DNA of 64,000 nt, taken from contig OZ336873.1 of the NCBI GenBank assembly GCA_965287045.1, positions 103,416,001 through 103,480,000 on the forward strand, given 5' to 3'. Shown here one piece after another: positions 25,200-37,172 of this stretch (positions are counted from its first letter, which is position 1; every line of letters begins with the position of its first letter). This DNA comes from Carcharhinus amblyrhynchos (Eukaryota). The notes below the pieces were generated by a model. That model saw only the letters and a list, made by a program, of their open reading frames with translations. It made no database searches and was not told the DNA's origin. The position numbers and the translations under genes are program-made.

Positions 25200-25517
25200 T
25201 GGGGTGGCACGGTGGCATGGTGGTTAGCACTGCTGCCTCACAGAGCCAGGGACTTGGGTCCAATTCTGGCCTTGGGTGACTGTCCATGTGGAGTTTGCAC
25301 ATTCTCCCCGTGTCTCCACGGGTTTCCTCTGAATGCTTCGGTTTCCTCCCACAACCCAAAGATATGCTGGTTTGGTTGATTGGCCATGCTAAATTGCCCC
25401 TTAGTATCAGGGGGATAAGCAGAGTAAATACATGGGGTTACAGGGATAGGGGTTGAGATTGTTGTTGATGAGCCAAATGACTTTCTCCTGTATTGTGGGG
25501 ATTCTATGATTCTATGA
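25200..25517 (+). mobile_element. HE1-type V-SINE, full length (CR1 tail)
   Basis: gggtggcacggtggcatggtggttagcactgctgcctcacag head; V-domain; tail ggattctatgattctatga. Confidence 0.92.
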
Positions 25518-25859
25518 AGTCTTTGAGAATAAATAACCTTGTCTATTTAAAACTCATGAAAGCTCACTATTGAATTATTTAATTGCAATACATGCTCCAA
25601 CAGTGAGAAAAAACACACCTTTTTCTATAAAAAACAGACTGATCAAGAATAGTAAAAAAGCAAATATATTCTACCCATGGCATTGGTCTTTCCAATATTT
25701 AGTTTGAACCAGTTTTTATGCAGTGTATGCTGGATGTCAGACTAGCAGCATGAAGAATGAAGGATAAATGGAGGGATTGGGGAAGTGTCGGTGAGAAAGA
25801 GGGATTCTCATCAGTATACATCAGTATACAAGATCTTTAATCTTGCTAGGACTGCGAGC

Positions 25860-26448
25860 AAAGGTGGACAGGTATTAAAAATAGCACCAGCCACTGGCGT
25901 GCCAGTTTTCAGGCTCCACGCATGACCAAGCCATTTGCCTGGAGTTGGGATGGGGTGGCTATATGGTTACCTAGCTGAATGCAGTGCGTAACTGATCAGG
26001 CTCGTTCAGTGCAACCTAAGGCCAATTAGAGACAGCCGATCAGGATTTTCCAGTCAACATGCAGATTTTTACATGTGGCAGGGCCAGTTTGGCTGCCTGG
26101 AGGTTACCCCCCATGGTGTGGCTCGTCCTCACCAACACCACAGTAGTGGTCGTGCTCAAAAAGCCATTTTTTAGTTTAAATTTTAAAACATTTGGACGGA
26201 GGTCTTCTTCATTGTGAGGCACCCTCTCCCTCACATACCATCCATTGATTCCTGCATCTGTTTTCAAGCTGGTAAGCCTCAGATTGGCCCTCAACTTCCA
26301 TCCTTAATTGGATGTTGAGCACCCACCCCACCACTCAATTGACTGATCCGGTCATAAGTCACATTTGAGTCTTTGTTTCCTGCACAATGTGGGCTTCTGA
26401 CTGAGCTTGACGATGGGGTTCACAAACACACAGGGAAAATCCAGCCCA
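25860..26448. mobile_element. MITE / non-autonomous Harbinger-like repeat
   Basis: Ends gggaaaatccagccc, the reverse complement of the GGGCTGGATTTT TIR; GC-rich interior. Confidence 0.5.
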
Positions 26449-26449
26449 T

Positions 26450-27310
26450 GGAAATGTTTTGGGATGATGTTGCAAAGGTGTAGTACATTGATGAGAAACA
26501 GGAGGGTGCCCAAGCATAGATCTCTGGGGGACTTCAGAAGTAATGTATGGGAATTAATTCTGCAACTGTGATTAGATAGATAAGAACAGAACCAGGTGAG
26601 GTCAGTTATAGAATCCCTACAGTGTGGAAGGAGGCCATTTGGCCCTGCACCGACAACAATCCCACCTAGACCCTATCCCGATAACCCAGGTATTTACCCT
26701 GCTAATCCTCCTAACACTACATCCTAGGAGCAATTTAGCACAGCCAATCAACCTAATCTGCACATCTTTGGAGTGTGGGAGCACCTGGAGGAAACCCACG
26801 CAGAGATGGGAAGAATGTGCAGACTTTATTCAGTCACCCGAGGCTCGAATTGAACTCAGGTCCGTGGCGCTGTGAGGTAGCAGTGCTAACCATTGTGCCA
26901 CCATGCCATGCACCCATCTGGACAACGGAGAAGCGTTGTAACATGATGTTGCGGTCAACAGCAGACATGTTGAGAAAGATAAGGAGGAACAGTTTATCAA
27001 GACTACATTCACGTAGAATGTCACCTGTGACTTTGACAAGGGCCATTTCAAGATGGGTACTGGGGAGGGTGCAAAAATGGAGTTGTGGGAAATATGAGCA
27101 ATGATTTGGGGAATAAACATTCAAGGAATTTGAAGAGGAAAGGGAGACTTGGGATTAGGCTGTCGTTTGCAAATGACAAAGTAATTAGGGTTGTTTTATT
27201 TTGAGGATGTGAATGATAGCAGCAGGTTTGAAGGTGGCAGGGAGAAACAATACCTAGAGAGGGGAACCATGAACAATGTCAGCAACTATGGAAGCCAGGA
27301 TGGGAAGCTG
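26450..27310 (-). mobile_element. L2 LINE RT fragment, split by HE1 SINE
   Basis: STHLEMALVKVTGDILRECSLDKLFLLIFLNMSAVDRNIMLQRF (cf. L2 HSTETALVKVTNDIL..LLDLSAAFDTVDH..LLQRL), then EVPQRSMLG..LLFLI. Confidence 0.85.
26608..26910 (-). mobile_element. HE1-type V-SINE (CR1 tail)
   Basis: atagaatccctacagtgtggaaggaggccatttggccc...gcgctgtgaggtagcagtgctaaccattgtgccacc. Confidence 0.9.
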
Positions 27311-28702
27311 GCAAAGCTGTCTTCATATTAAAGTTGGCTACGCTTGCCCTCGTCACAGATAGAAAACTTCTGTCCCATTGGCCTGTGCGAGCTGAGGGAA
27401 TTGCCCAGAGTTGTTTATATCCCAGTGTACCAAGTTGTGTAATTCTGACATGTGAGTCCCTAATATCTAGGAGCTTGCATTTTGTTTCATCCCTCTACTC
27501 AAATCCCTAGCAAAATGAACTTTGCTTTGAAAATTAATAAACACAGCTCACAAAATTTTATACATATAGAAGAGGAATCAAAAAATTCAGTTCTAGGGAA
27601 AAATGCAATAAGAATTACCAGGAAAGGTTTCATAAACAAGATAGTGAACAAAATACAAAGGCCCCCATATTTCAATAAATACACAATGGTAACAGAGAAA
27701 ACCCATTGCTAAGTGATTACATGAAACATTTTGCAACAGATCTGTAATTGCTGAGGGGTTAGTGTGTGATACAGGCTAAGTACGTTAACTCACTAGCATT
27801 AGAGGAGTGCTGAATTGAAGGCTGGAGAAATATTAGTGCAGAACCTGATCTCAGTTTCATCGGCCCTTCTCTCCCGCCTCCCTGAAGTTACATTGAGAGC
27901 AATCACAGTGAAAACATCTCGGGGGAGGGGGAAGAAAACATATTCGGAAAACAGGGAAGCTACTCAAAACTTGAAGCAAACAGCAGCTGCCAGTTTAAAT
28001 GGGTCCTGTGACCCAAAAACAGCAAGAGAGTCTTTGGGGATTGCAGACAGGTAGTGCAAGGTCAGAAAGGCAGCCATATGCAGACAGAGTTAAGCAGTGC
28101 TGCTGTGTGAAAGGAAAAAGGTTGTAGAAATGAAACTCGCAGTGGGAGTTCCAATTCAAGTTCATTAATAAACAATCCAATCTCGGAGGTTCCTGACTAC
28201 AGAGACATCAGTTGACATTCATAGAATGGATGGGCTATTATGTAATAAAGTATAAAACATGGTTTTAATATTGGGTTGCTGATAGGCTTGCCCCAGTACC
28301 AAAAAAATCCTTGAGAGTCAGATGTTGTTCAAGCGAGTGATCTTCTTTACAAGCATGCAAGGAGAAGCCCCACTCTCAGGAATAGCGGTTCTGCAGTACA
28401 TTATTTAAGCTTTCAGTTTATACTGTTACGAGAATTCCAACTGACCAACTGCCTCATCATAAAGTAGACCTTTTCATCTGACTTGGTCTCTTTCCCTCAT
28501 TGTATCTTAATCAGGTCCTCTCATATGGTTCTGCCTCCTCCCATGATCTGATTCCTCTTGATTAGATCTTTTCATATGACCCTTGCCTCCTCACAGACAT
28601 TATACAAATTACAGCACTTTTCAGTTTGAAATGAAGTGCCCCATTATTCCCAGATGCTATATGTCAATCCCCTCCCCTTTAGAGTTGCCCCCAGTGATTA
28701 TT

Positions 28703-28980
28703 ATAGAATCACAGAACCCCTACAGTGCAGAAGGAGGCCGTTCAGCCCATCGAGTCTGCACTGACAACAATCCCATCTCTGCCCTATCTCCATCACCCCA
28801 CATATTTACCGTGTTAATCCCTCTGAAATATGCATCCCAGGACACTAAAAACCTGACCTGTGTATCTTCGGATGTTCGAAGGAAACTGGAGCACCCAGAG
28901 GAAACCCACGCAGAAGAATTTACAAACTCCACACAGACAGTGAACCAAATCGGGAATCGAACCCAAGTCCCTGGAGCTGT
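28703..28980 (-). mobile_element. HE1-type V-SINE (CR1 tail)
   Basis: atagaatcacagaacccctacagtgcagaaggaggcc...ggaaactggagcacccagaggaaaccc...gggaatcgaaccc. Confidence 0.9.
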
Positions 28981-29274
28981 TATTTTATGTATTGCTGGCG
29001 ATTTCATCATATAGCTTGCCCCATACTCCAGCCATTTGTTGGTCAAAACATACATCCTTGTGATGTATTGCCTTCATGTAGCAAATGGAAGATTCTTTGC
29101 CCAATTCATTGCTTGACTGTCAATCTTTCTTTCCTATTTTCGATATTTTTGTATCTGATGAAGAGGAAAGTTCAAAGATTTTTTTAAAAAATATCTTTTT
29201 TGACCCTCTGATTTTTCTCCAGCATTGCACACAGCAGTGAATGAGAACGTGTGTATCACGTTTTTTTATGCCTA

Positions 29275-29430
29275 TTTGTCTGTGGAATTTGCACGTTCTC
29301 CCTGTGTCTGCTTGGGTTTCCTTTTGGCGCTCCGATTTCCTCCCACAGTCCAAAGATGTGCGGGTTAGGTAGATTCGCCATACTAAAATTATCCCTTAGT
29401 GTAAATTAGGGGGATTAGCAGGGTAAGTGT
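29275..29430 (+). mobile_element. V-SINE central fragment
   Basis: tgtctgtggaatttgcacgttctccctgtgtctgcttgggtttcc...ttcctcccacagtccaaagatgtgcgggttagg. Confidence 0.85.
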
Positions 29431-29572
29431 GTGGATTCCCAGCCAGCGGGGGTTGACGTCAATGGGAACTCCCATTGACAGCAGCGGGACCAGAGAATCC
29501 TGCCACCAGCAAACAACGCGCCACCTCCCGCTGGCGGGAACCATGCAGCTGGGAGGCTGGAGAATCTCACCC
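29430..29572. mobile_element. CpG-rich MITE
   Basis: gtggattcccagccagc...gctggagaatctcaccc TIR-like ends; internal hairpin gtcaatgggaactcccattgac. Confidence 0.6.
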
Positions 29573-29737
29573 GTGGGGGTGGGGGGTGGATAATTATTTT
29601 ATTTATTTACTGCACTCAAGTAGGGCTCACATTCAGAACAAGCACATACTTTTTAAATTTGCCTTTTGTTTGTCAGTATTTAGTAACTTACTGTCCATGG
29701 GACTTCTGCAGTACACAGATGAGCATTTAGCTGAAGT

Positions 29738-29990
29738 TTTTAAAGCTTATTTATTAGTCACAAGTAAGACTTACATTAATGCTGCAGTGAAATTCCCCTA
29801 GTCACCACAGTCCAGCACTTGTTCATGTCAATGCACCTAACCAGGATGTCTTCCAGGCGGTGGGAGGAAACCAGAGCACTTGGAGGAAACCCCTGCAGAC
29901 ACGGGGAGAATGTGTCAGCTTTACGCGGTCAGGGACCCAAGCTGTGAACCCAGCTCGGGTCTCTGGTGCTGTGAGACAGCTGTGCCACCT
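29738..29990 (-). mobile_element. V-SINE with Rex1/Babar-like tail
   Basis: tttattagtcacaagtaagacttacattaatgctgcagtgaaattcccctagtc...gtgggaggaaaccagagcac. Confidence 0.88.
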
Positions 29991-30789
29991 GTGCAGCTCT
30001 CAAATCTGAAAAGGCTTGGGGGCCTGAAAATTAATTCAGGAATATGATAATTTAAAGAGTACAAATTGCGAATATAGGTACTTTTGTTTCCTTCAGCAAC
30101 ATCAGGCTTCCAACTTCTGCCCAGATAATCCATTTGCCACAGCTTCAATCAAAGCATTCAGTTAGCGTGCAGTATGCTAAGGGCCGAGATCAACCCCCCC
30201 CCTCCCCCCACACTCACGCCTTTTTCATGGCTTGATCAACAAATAGACTCATTTATGTTTAATTTGGAAGAGTATAAGCTGTCTGCAGATAAATTGGATA
30301 GTTACAGGATTTATTAGTAATCATTTTTTTCTCCTGAAAGAGAACTCTGTGAGCCCGATCACTTGACAGGAACATTGTTCATTAATGTTATAACTGAACA
30401 GATTTAAAATTCATAAAGAAAAAAATGCAACACCAGCAGCAAAATTATCTCTTAAAGAGCTTTTTACTTAAAGCAAAAACAAACTTGTGGCACTATTAAA
30501 TGAGCTGGCTGATTGCATGTCATTAGATTATTGCACTTTACAATGTCAATTGTTTTTTTTGACAGAAACCTTCTTGAATATTCTCTCCGCCAAAATCATT
30601 TCTTACACACAATCTTTTTCCATTGAAAAATAATTGGTGCCAGAAGCTTCTGAATTCAAACTCTTGTCTGTATTAAATAAACCAAACATAATTGAGCAGA
30701 AGGTTGCACTGCTGAAATTGGCTTCAGTATATCACAGCTTTGGGATTTGGGAGATGGGGTTAGATGTTGGGTTGCTAGCATTCCGGTCA

Positions 30790-31502
30790 TTGAGGAAGCA
30801 TAGTAGAGGACATGTCCCTGTCTACATTAATGTGAATGTACTGGAAATGGTTGAGGCCTTCAAGTTTCTAGGTGTCCAGATGATCAACAATCTGTCTTGG
30901 TCTCTCCACACGATGCTATAGTTAAAAAAGCCTACCAATGCCTCTACTTTATCAGAAGGCTAAGGAAATTTGGCATGTCAGCTACAACTCTCATCAATGT
31001 TTACAGATGCACCATAGAAACCATTCTTTCCAGATGTATCACAGCTTGGTATGGCTCCTACTCTGTCAAAGGCTGAAAGAAACTACAAAGGGTCATGAAC
31101 AAAGCCCAGACCATCATGCAAATCAACCTCACATTCATTGACTCTGTCTACACTTCCTACTGCCTTGGAAAAGAAAACAGCATAATCAAGGACCCCATGC
31201 ATCCCGGACATACTCTCTTCTACTTTCTTCCATCAGGAAAAATATATAAAATCTGAGGTCACATACCAACCAAAACAAGAACAACTTCTTCCCTGCTGCC
31301 ATCAGCCTTCTGAATGGACCCACCTTATATTAAGTTGATCTTTCTCTACCCCCTAGCTATGACCGCAACACTACATTCTGCTCATTCCCTTTCCTTCTCC
31401 CCTATATACTCTATGCTGTGCCTTATAGCATACAAGAGACAATACTTTTCAATGTATAGCAATACATATTATACATGATAATGATAAATCAAATCAAATC
31501 AA
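30790..31502 (+). mobile_element. Rex1/Babar LINE 3' fragment (RT C-terminus)
   Basis: RKHSRGHVPVYINVNVLEMVEAFKFLGVQMINNLSWSLH / AIVKKAYQCLYFIRRLRKFGMSATTLINVYRCTIETILSRCITAWYG; (aaatc)n tail. Confidence 0.92.
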
Positions 31503-31749
31503 AAAGGATATCGCATGGGCTCAAGTTTAAAGAGGGGTGTGATGCTTTCCAAGGTACAATAGCCTGGTGACACTGTCAAATTTCAAACATGAAGAACAGC
31601 TATTTGGGTGCTGGGCAAATTGTGGGGTTGTTCCCTTCCAAATAGGAGAGGAGGAAAATCTCAGTAAAGATATGAAACTGCAAATGGTTACATGTCTCCA
31701 AAACTAACTGTATGAATTGCTTCTTAAAATGCCTGTGGTAAAGAAGAAA

Positions 31750-31980
31750 CACTTGCATTTATTTAGCTTTACTATGTCCTCAGATATCTCAAAGCTTCTA
31801 AAGAATTATTTCTGAAGTGCACTTATTGTTGCTATAAAAATAAACATAGCAGCCAATTTGTGCACAATGGGTTTTGTATATGAATGATTGACCAACTAAA
31901 ATAGTATTTGTATTGCCTGAAGGAGGAATTTTGCGCAAGACATCAGAAGAACTCTTTTATTGCTCTTTGAATAATGCAAT
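31750..31980 (-). mobile_element. Deu-domain SINE fragment
   Basis: acttgcatttatttagc...agcagccaatttgtgcaca...caagacatcagaagaactc..tgctctttgaataatgc; aligns by eye to 9866-10313. Confidence 0.7.
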
Positions 31981-32404
31981 ATTTCTCCAGTATTTTTTAA
32001 AAAAATCATTTATGTGACAAGGGCACTGCTGGCTAGGCCAGAATTTGCCTGTCCCTACTTGCCCTTGATGAGCTGCATTCTTGAACCTACATCTATAATG
32101 CTGTTTGAGAGAGACCTAATGACAGTGTCATAGAGTCATAAAGGTTTACAGCATGGAAACAGCCCTTCAGCCCAACTTGTCCATGCTGCTATGTGGTAGG
32201 TATGACTGGTGGTTTGTTTTCCACCTGATTCCCATTGATTCAGTTTTACAAGCCTCCTTGATGCCACACCCAGGCAATGCAGTCTTGATGTTAAGGGCAG
32301 TTTGGGTGCTCAGTTTGGGTTGAGCCAGGGCCTTATTACAGCTTAGGTTCAAACATGGACAAAAGAGCTGAACCCCAGAGTTAAGGTGAGAGTGATGCAA
32401 CACA

Positions 32405-32880
32405 AACGCCATCACAAGCTAAAGGATCAGCATCTGATCTTCTGATTAGGCACTTTAAAGTCTTCTGGACTTAACATGGAGCTCAACAACTTCAGACCAT
32501 GAACTTTCACATCTACCTTCACCCCATTTCCATCAATTTATTTTATTTCATTTTATTTTACTTTTGAAATTTTGGTTTTTTAAAATTTATTTTCATTTTT
32601 TTCCATTGTTTCATTTTTCAACTAAATATCCCACTTTCCGTCTTTTCCCCCGCCATTGTCTCCAAACCCTCTATTCTACTGTGGACATCTGTTACATGTC
32701 TCAGATCATCCTTTGACACTCTGCTCACCTTTGTTCTGCCACTTACACATTCTGATCTGTTACTGGCCACTATCAGCACCTTTTTACCATGATCACCACC
32801 ATTTACATTCTCTTTGCCTCTCTCCGACTTCCACCAACCACTGGCCTTCTATCAGACCTTATCCCCTCTTCACCACTTAG
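32405..32880 (+). mobile_element. Penelope-like element 3' region (GIY-YIG end + pyrimidine-rich UTR)
   Basis: HKLKDQHLIF*LGTLKSSGLNMELNNFRP* (cf. EEQHLIFRLGTLQPSGLNIEFNNF); downstream ctgccacttacacattctgatc is shared in reverse with ~40280-40310. Confidence 0.8.
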
Positions 32881-32987
32881 TCCTGTGCTGTGGCTTCACT
32901 AGACTGACTCTTAATTTTTTAGGTATGTCTGACGCTGTTTCTGACATGCCATCCTGCACTTTTCATTGAACCAGCTTTAAAACGGAG

Positions 32988-34915
32988 AAACATAAATAAT
33001 AGGAGCAAGAGTAGCCATTTGGCCCTTCAAGCCTTCTCCTCCATTCATTTTTATCATAGAACATAGAACATTACAGCCCTCAATATCATGCCGACCTGTG
33101 AAAACCAATCTAAAGCCCATCTAACTTACACTATTCCAATATCATCTGTATATTTATCCAATGACCATTTAAGTGCCCTTAATGTTGATGAGTCCACCAC
33201 TGTTGCCGGCAGGGCATTCCATGCCTTTACTACTCTCTGAGTAAAGAACCTACCTCTGACATCTGTCCTATATCTATCACCCCTCAATTTAAAACTATGT
33301 CCCCTTATGCTAGCAATCACCATCTGAGGAAAAAGGCTCTCACTGTCCACCCTTATCTAATTCTCTGATCATCTTGTATGCATCTATTAAATCACCTTCT
33401 TCTCTTTAATGAGAACAGCCTCAAGTCCCTCAGCCTTTCTTCATAAGATCTTCCCACCATACCAGGCAACATCCAGGTAAATCTCCTCTGCACCCTTTCC
33501 AATGCTTCCACATCCATCCTATAATGTGGCGACCAGAACTGTACGCAATACTCCAAGTGCGACCGCACCAGAGTTTTGTACAGCTGCAACATGACCTCAT
33601 GGCTTTGAAACTCAATCCCTAAAAGCTAACACACAGTACGCCTTCTTAACAATCCTATCAACCTGGGTGCCAACTTTCAGGGATCTATGTACATGGACAC
33701 CGCGATCTCTCTGCTCATCCACACTAACAAGTGTCTTACCATTAGCCCAGTACTCTGTATTTCTGTTACTCCTTCCAAAATGAATCACCTCACACTTTTC
33801 CACATTGAACTTCATTTGCCACCTCACAGCCCAGCTCTGCAGCTTATCTATGTCCCTCTGACCTGCAACATCCTTCTAAACTGTCCACAACTCCACTGAC
33901 TTTAGTGTCGTCCGCAAATTTACTAACCCATCCTTCTATACTCTATCTTCTTACAGCTAGCCAATTTCTGATCCAAACCACTAAATCACTCTCAATCCCA
34001 AGCCTCCGTATTTTCTGCAATAGCCTACCGTGGGGAACCTTATCAAACACTTTACTGAAATCCATATACACCACATCAACTGCTTTACCCTCATCGACCT
34101 CTTTGGTCACCTTCTTAAAGAACTCAATAAGGTTTGTGAGGCACAATCTACCCTTCACAAAACCATCTTAATCAAATTATTCCTTTCTAGATGATCGTGG
34201 CTGATCAGCCAATTCAGTAACCTGTTCCTACTTTCCCCTCAATTCCCCATTGATTGCCTTCACCCCAAGAGCTATATCTGACTCCTTCTTGAAGACATAA
34301 TATTTTGGCCTCAACTGCTTTCTGTGATAGAGAATTCCACAGTCACATCACTCCCTGGGTGAAGAAATTTCACCTCATTACTGATATAAATGGCTTACCC
34401 TATATCCTCAGATTTTGACACCTGGTTTCGGACTCTCTTGCCATCAGAACATCCTTCCTACATCTACCCTGAAAGAATATTATAGTTTTCCCTGAGCTCT
34501 CCCCTCATTTTTCCAAACTCCAGCGAACATAATCCTAACTGACTCAATTTAGTTTCATATGTCAGTCTGGCCATCTCAGGAATCAGTCTGGTAAACGTTT
34601 GCTGCAACCCCTCATAGCAAGAACATCCTTTCTCAGATAAGGAGACAAAACTGCACATAATATTCTAGGTGTGATCTCACCAAAGTCATGTATTATTGCA
34701 TCAAAACATCCCTGCTCCTGCATTCAAATCCTTTCACTATGAATGCCAACATACCGTTTGTCTTCTTCACTGTCTGCTGCACTTGCTTGCTTATTTTCAG
34801 TGACTAGTGTACAAGGACACCCAGGTCTTGTTGCACATTGTGCTCTCTCAATCTATAGCCATTCAGATAATAAACTTCTTTCCTGTTTTATTTACTGAAG
34901 CTTGATAACCTTACA
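32988..34915 (-). mobile_element. Older CR1 3' fragment (32988-33055 and 34195-34915) split by a younger CR1
   Basis: Tail aataggagcaagagtagccatttggccc..ccattca resumes atgatcgtggctgatc; LQQTFTRLIPEMARLTYETKLSQLGLCSLEF peptide. Confidence 0.85.
33056..34195 (-). mobile_element. CR1 LINE 3' half with internal deletion
   Basis: KGRLCLTNLIEFFKKVTKEVDEGKAVDVVYMDFSKVFDKVPHGRLL; WQMKFNVEKCEVIHFG; LYKTLVRSHLEYCVQFWSPH; (catagaa)n tail. PQGS segment missing near 33940. Confidence 0.95.
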
Positions 34916-34919
34916 TAAT

Positions 34920-35280
34920 TCCTTAGTTTGGTGTTAAATTAGAGTGGCTGATGTGCTGAACCATGAGATTACAGATTGTGATTGTGTACAATTCTGCTGC
35001 TCTTTATGGCCCACAGCCCCTCATGCTTACTCGATCTTGGGTTGCTGGATCCATTCAAAATCAATCCCATTTGGCACAGTGTTAGTATTACACAATAAAA
35101 CGGATGGGAACTTCAATGTTGAAATGGGACTTTGTCTCCATAGAGACTGTGGTTGTCACTTCAACTGATACTGTCATGATCAGATGCGTTTGCAGCAAGC
35201 AGGTAATGAGAATGAGGTCCAGTATGTTTTTTCATCTTGTCAGTTCCCTCTCCAGCCAGTCTAACAGCTATGTCACTTCC
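34920..35280 (-). mobile_element. Degenerate endonuclease-end/linker fragment of another CR1/L2-group LINE
   Basis: Reverse reading AANASDHDSIS*SDNH (SDH motif of APE endonuclease) followed by linker-like sequence; probable 3' ends of the same family near 32010-32090 and 39980-40615. Confidence 0.6.
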
Positions 35281-35329
35281 AAAGCTTAGGTGATTATCAG
35301 ATAATCCATCCAGTTTCATTCCTTTTTGA

Positions 35330-35595
35330 CCTTTTAGTGTTTTGGTACAACTGCATGGCCTGCTAACTTGTTACACCATTTCAGCATGAAGCGCATTACT
35401 GTGAATCTGAAGTCACCTGTAGACCAGGCCAGGTAAGGATGACAGACTTAGTTCATCAGTTAGGGTTTTATGGCAATGGAATTAGGTCTTTATTTTTAGA
35501 TTATTATTAAATTCAACTTTCCCCAGCTGCTATGGTCAGGTTTGAACCTGCGCCTCCAGAGCATTATGCTGGGATTACTGGGAATAACATCACCT
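35330..35595 (-). mobile_element. tRNA-derived SINE of a third family, old
   Basis: Reverse head with B-box caggttcaaacc (tttgaacctg ~35541) and body ccttacctggcctggtctacaggtgacttcaga. Confidence 0.55.
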
Positions 35596-36454
35596 TTTTT
35601 CCCCAGTTACTGTTGGATTATATGTTCAAATCCTACAGTGAGATTTCAGCTCTCGATTTTATACATCAACCATGCAACGCTACCAGTCAGTCACATCCAC
35701 TCAGCTGGCTTTGCTGGATGCCAGTATGTGATATGCAATATTCATTCTGCAGTAGATTTTACAGTTCTCTCCATGTATACTTTAGTAATAAACCCTCAAA
35801 GTAACACAAGGACAAAGGGAAGAAGCATGTTCCTTGCACAGGTTATATGTGACCCACAGTACTCTACCTATTTAACTTGTGGAGGGGTCATTCTATACTA
35901 GTGCCTGAATCCTGAAAGTAATCTTGCCAAGCTGCAAAATATTTATTGACCTGCATATCACTGTCATGTCTCCAAGTCAATATCTACCAAGAACAGGAAA
36001 CACTGCGTCCAAGAAACATTTGATCATCTCACTCCACTCACTCCATCATTGTCAGAATACATCTTGCAGGGAGATCAGTGCAACTGTCTAGTGATATGAG
36101 GCCATTTATATTGTCAAAGCACCTGTATCAAATCAACATAGAAAGTATGAGGGAGGCAGGTACATATACATATTCAATGTGGCACTAGTTTAAAATGCAA
36201 ACAAGGTGTTAAAATATGGTTGACAGCTGATTATCCTTTCATTGTGCTACTAAGTTGATAAGTTTAAGAAAAAAATGCCAGAAAATTTTGAGATGGAAGC
36301 CCATATTTTTTGACACACTGTGAACCACCACACATTGAAAAAGGAATAGCTGAGTGGTTTTAGTAGTAATCTGATTAATACGATTCAGATGGCAGTACAA
36401 GCCTCTCTCATCACTGCCACTGCATGTGTGACACTGTGCCAGCTGCCTTACATA

Positions 36455-36770
36455 TAATCATAGGATCATAGAATTGTTACAGTGTAGAAAGAGGCCATTT
36501 GGCCCATTGAGCCTGCACTGACAACAATCCCACTCAGGATTACCTATCTCTGTAATCCCATGTATTTACCCTGCTAATCTAAGGGGCAATTGAGCATGGC
36601 CAATCAACCTAACCTGGACATCTTTGGATTGTGGAAGCAAACTGGAGCACACAGAGAAACCCATACAGACATAGGGAGAATGTGCAAACTCTACACAGAT
36701 AGTCACCCAAGGTTGAATTGAACCTGGGTCCCAGTGGGAGGCAGCAGTGCTAACCACTGTGCCATAGCGC
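36455..36770 (-). mobile_element. HE1-type V-SINE (CR1 tail)
   Basis: cataggatcatagaa tail, V-domain, gaggcagcagtgctaaccactgtgcca head. Confidence 0.9.
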
Positions 36771-36867
36771 TGTCTCTAATAATGAACCTTGATTCTTGTT
36801 GTGGGTCGTAAGTTGGGTCCATATTCTGTTTTCATTAGAGAAACAATATTAACATCACTGACGCTTC

Positions 36868-37172
36868 ATGGTGGCATGTTGGCACAATGGTTAGCAATCA
36901 TGCTCCACAGCGACAGGGACCCAGGTTCGATTCCCAGCTTGGGTCACTGTATTTGAAGAGTTTGCATGTTTTCCTTGTGTCTGGGTGGGTTTCCTCCTGG
37001 TGTTCCAGTTTCCTCCCTCAGTCTGAAAGATGTGCTGGATTGGTGCATTGGCCATGCTAAATTCTCCCTTAGTATACGTGAACAGGCGCTGGAGTGTGGC
37101 AGCTAAGGGATTTTCACAGTAACGTCATTGCAGTGTTAATGTGGGCCTAATTGTGATACTAATAAACTTTCA
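36868..37172 (+). mobile_element. V-SINE with Rex1/Babar-like tail
   Basis: ggcacaatggttagca..gggacccaggttcgattcccagc, V-domain, ttttcacagtaacgtcattgcagtgttaatgtgggcctaattgtgatactaataaa. Confidence 0.9.

Larger units (their letters stand above)
24552..25700 (+). mobile_element. LTR-like repeat containing (GT)n and an inserted HE1 SINE
   Basis: Non-coding block starting tgtgg, A-rich core, GT tract, AATAAA ~25528; mirror-image layout of the minus-strand LTR-like blocks. Confidence 0.35.
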
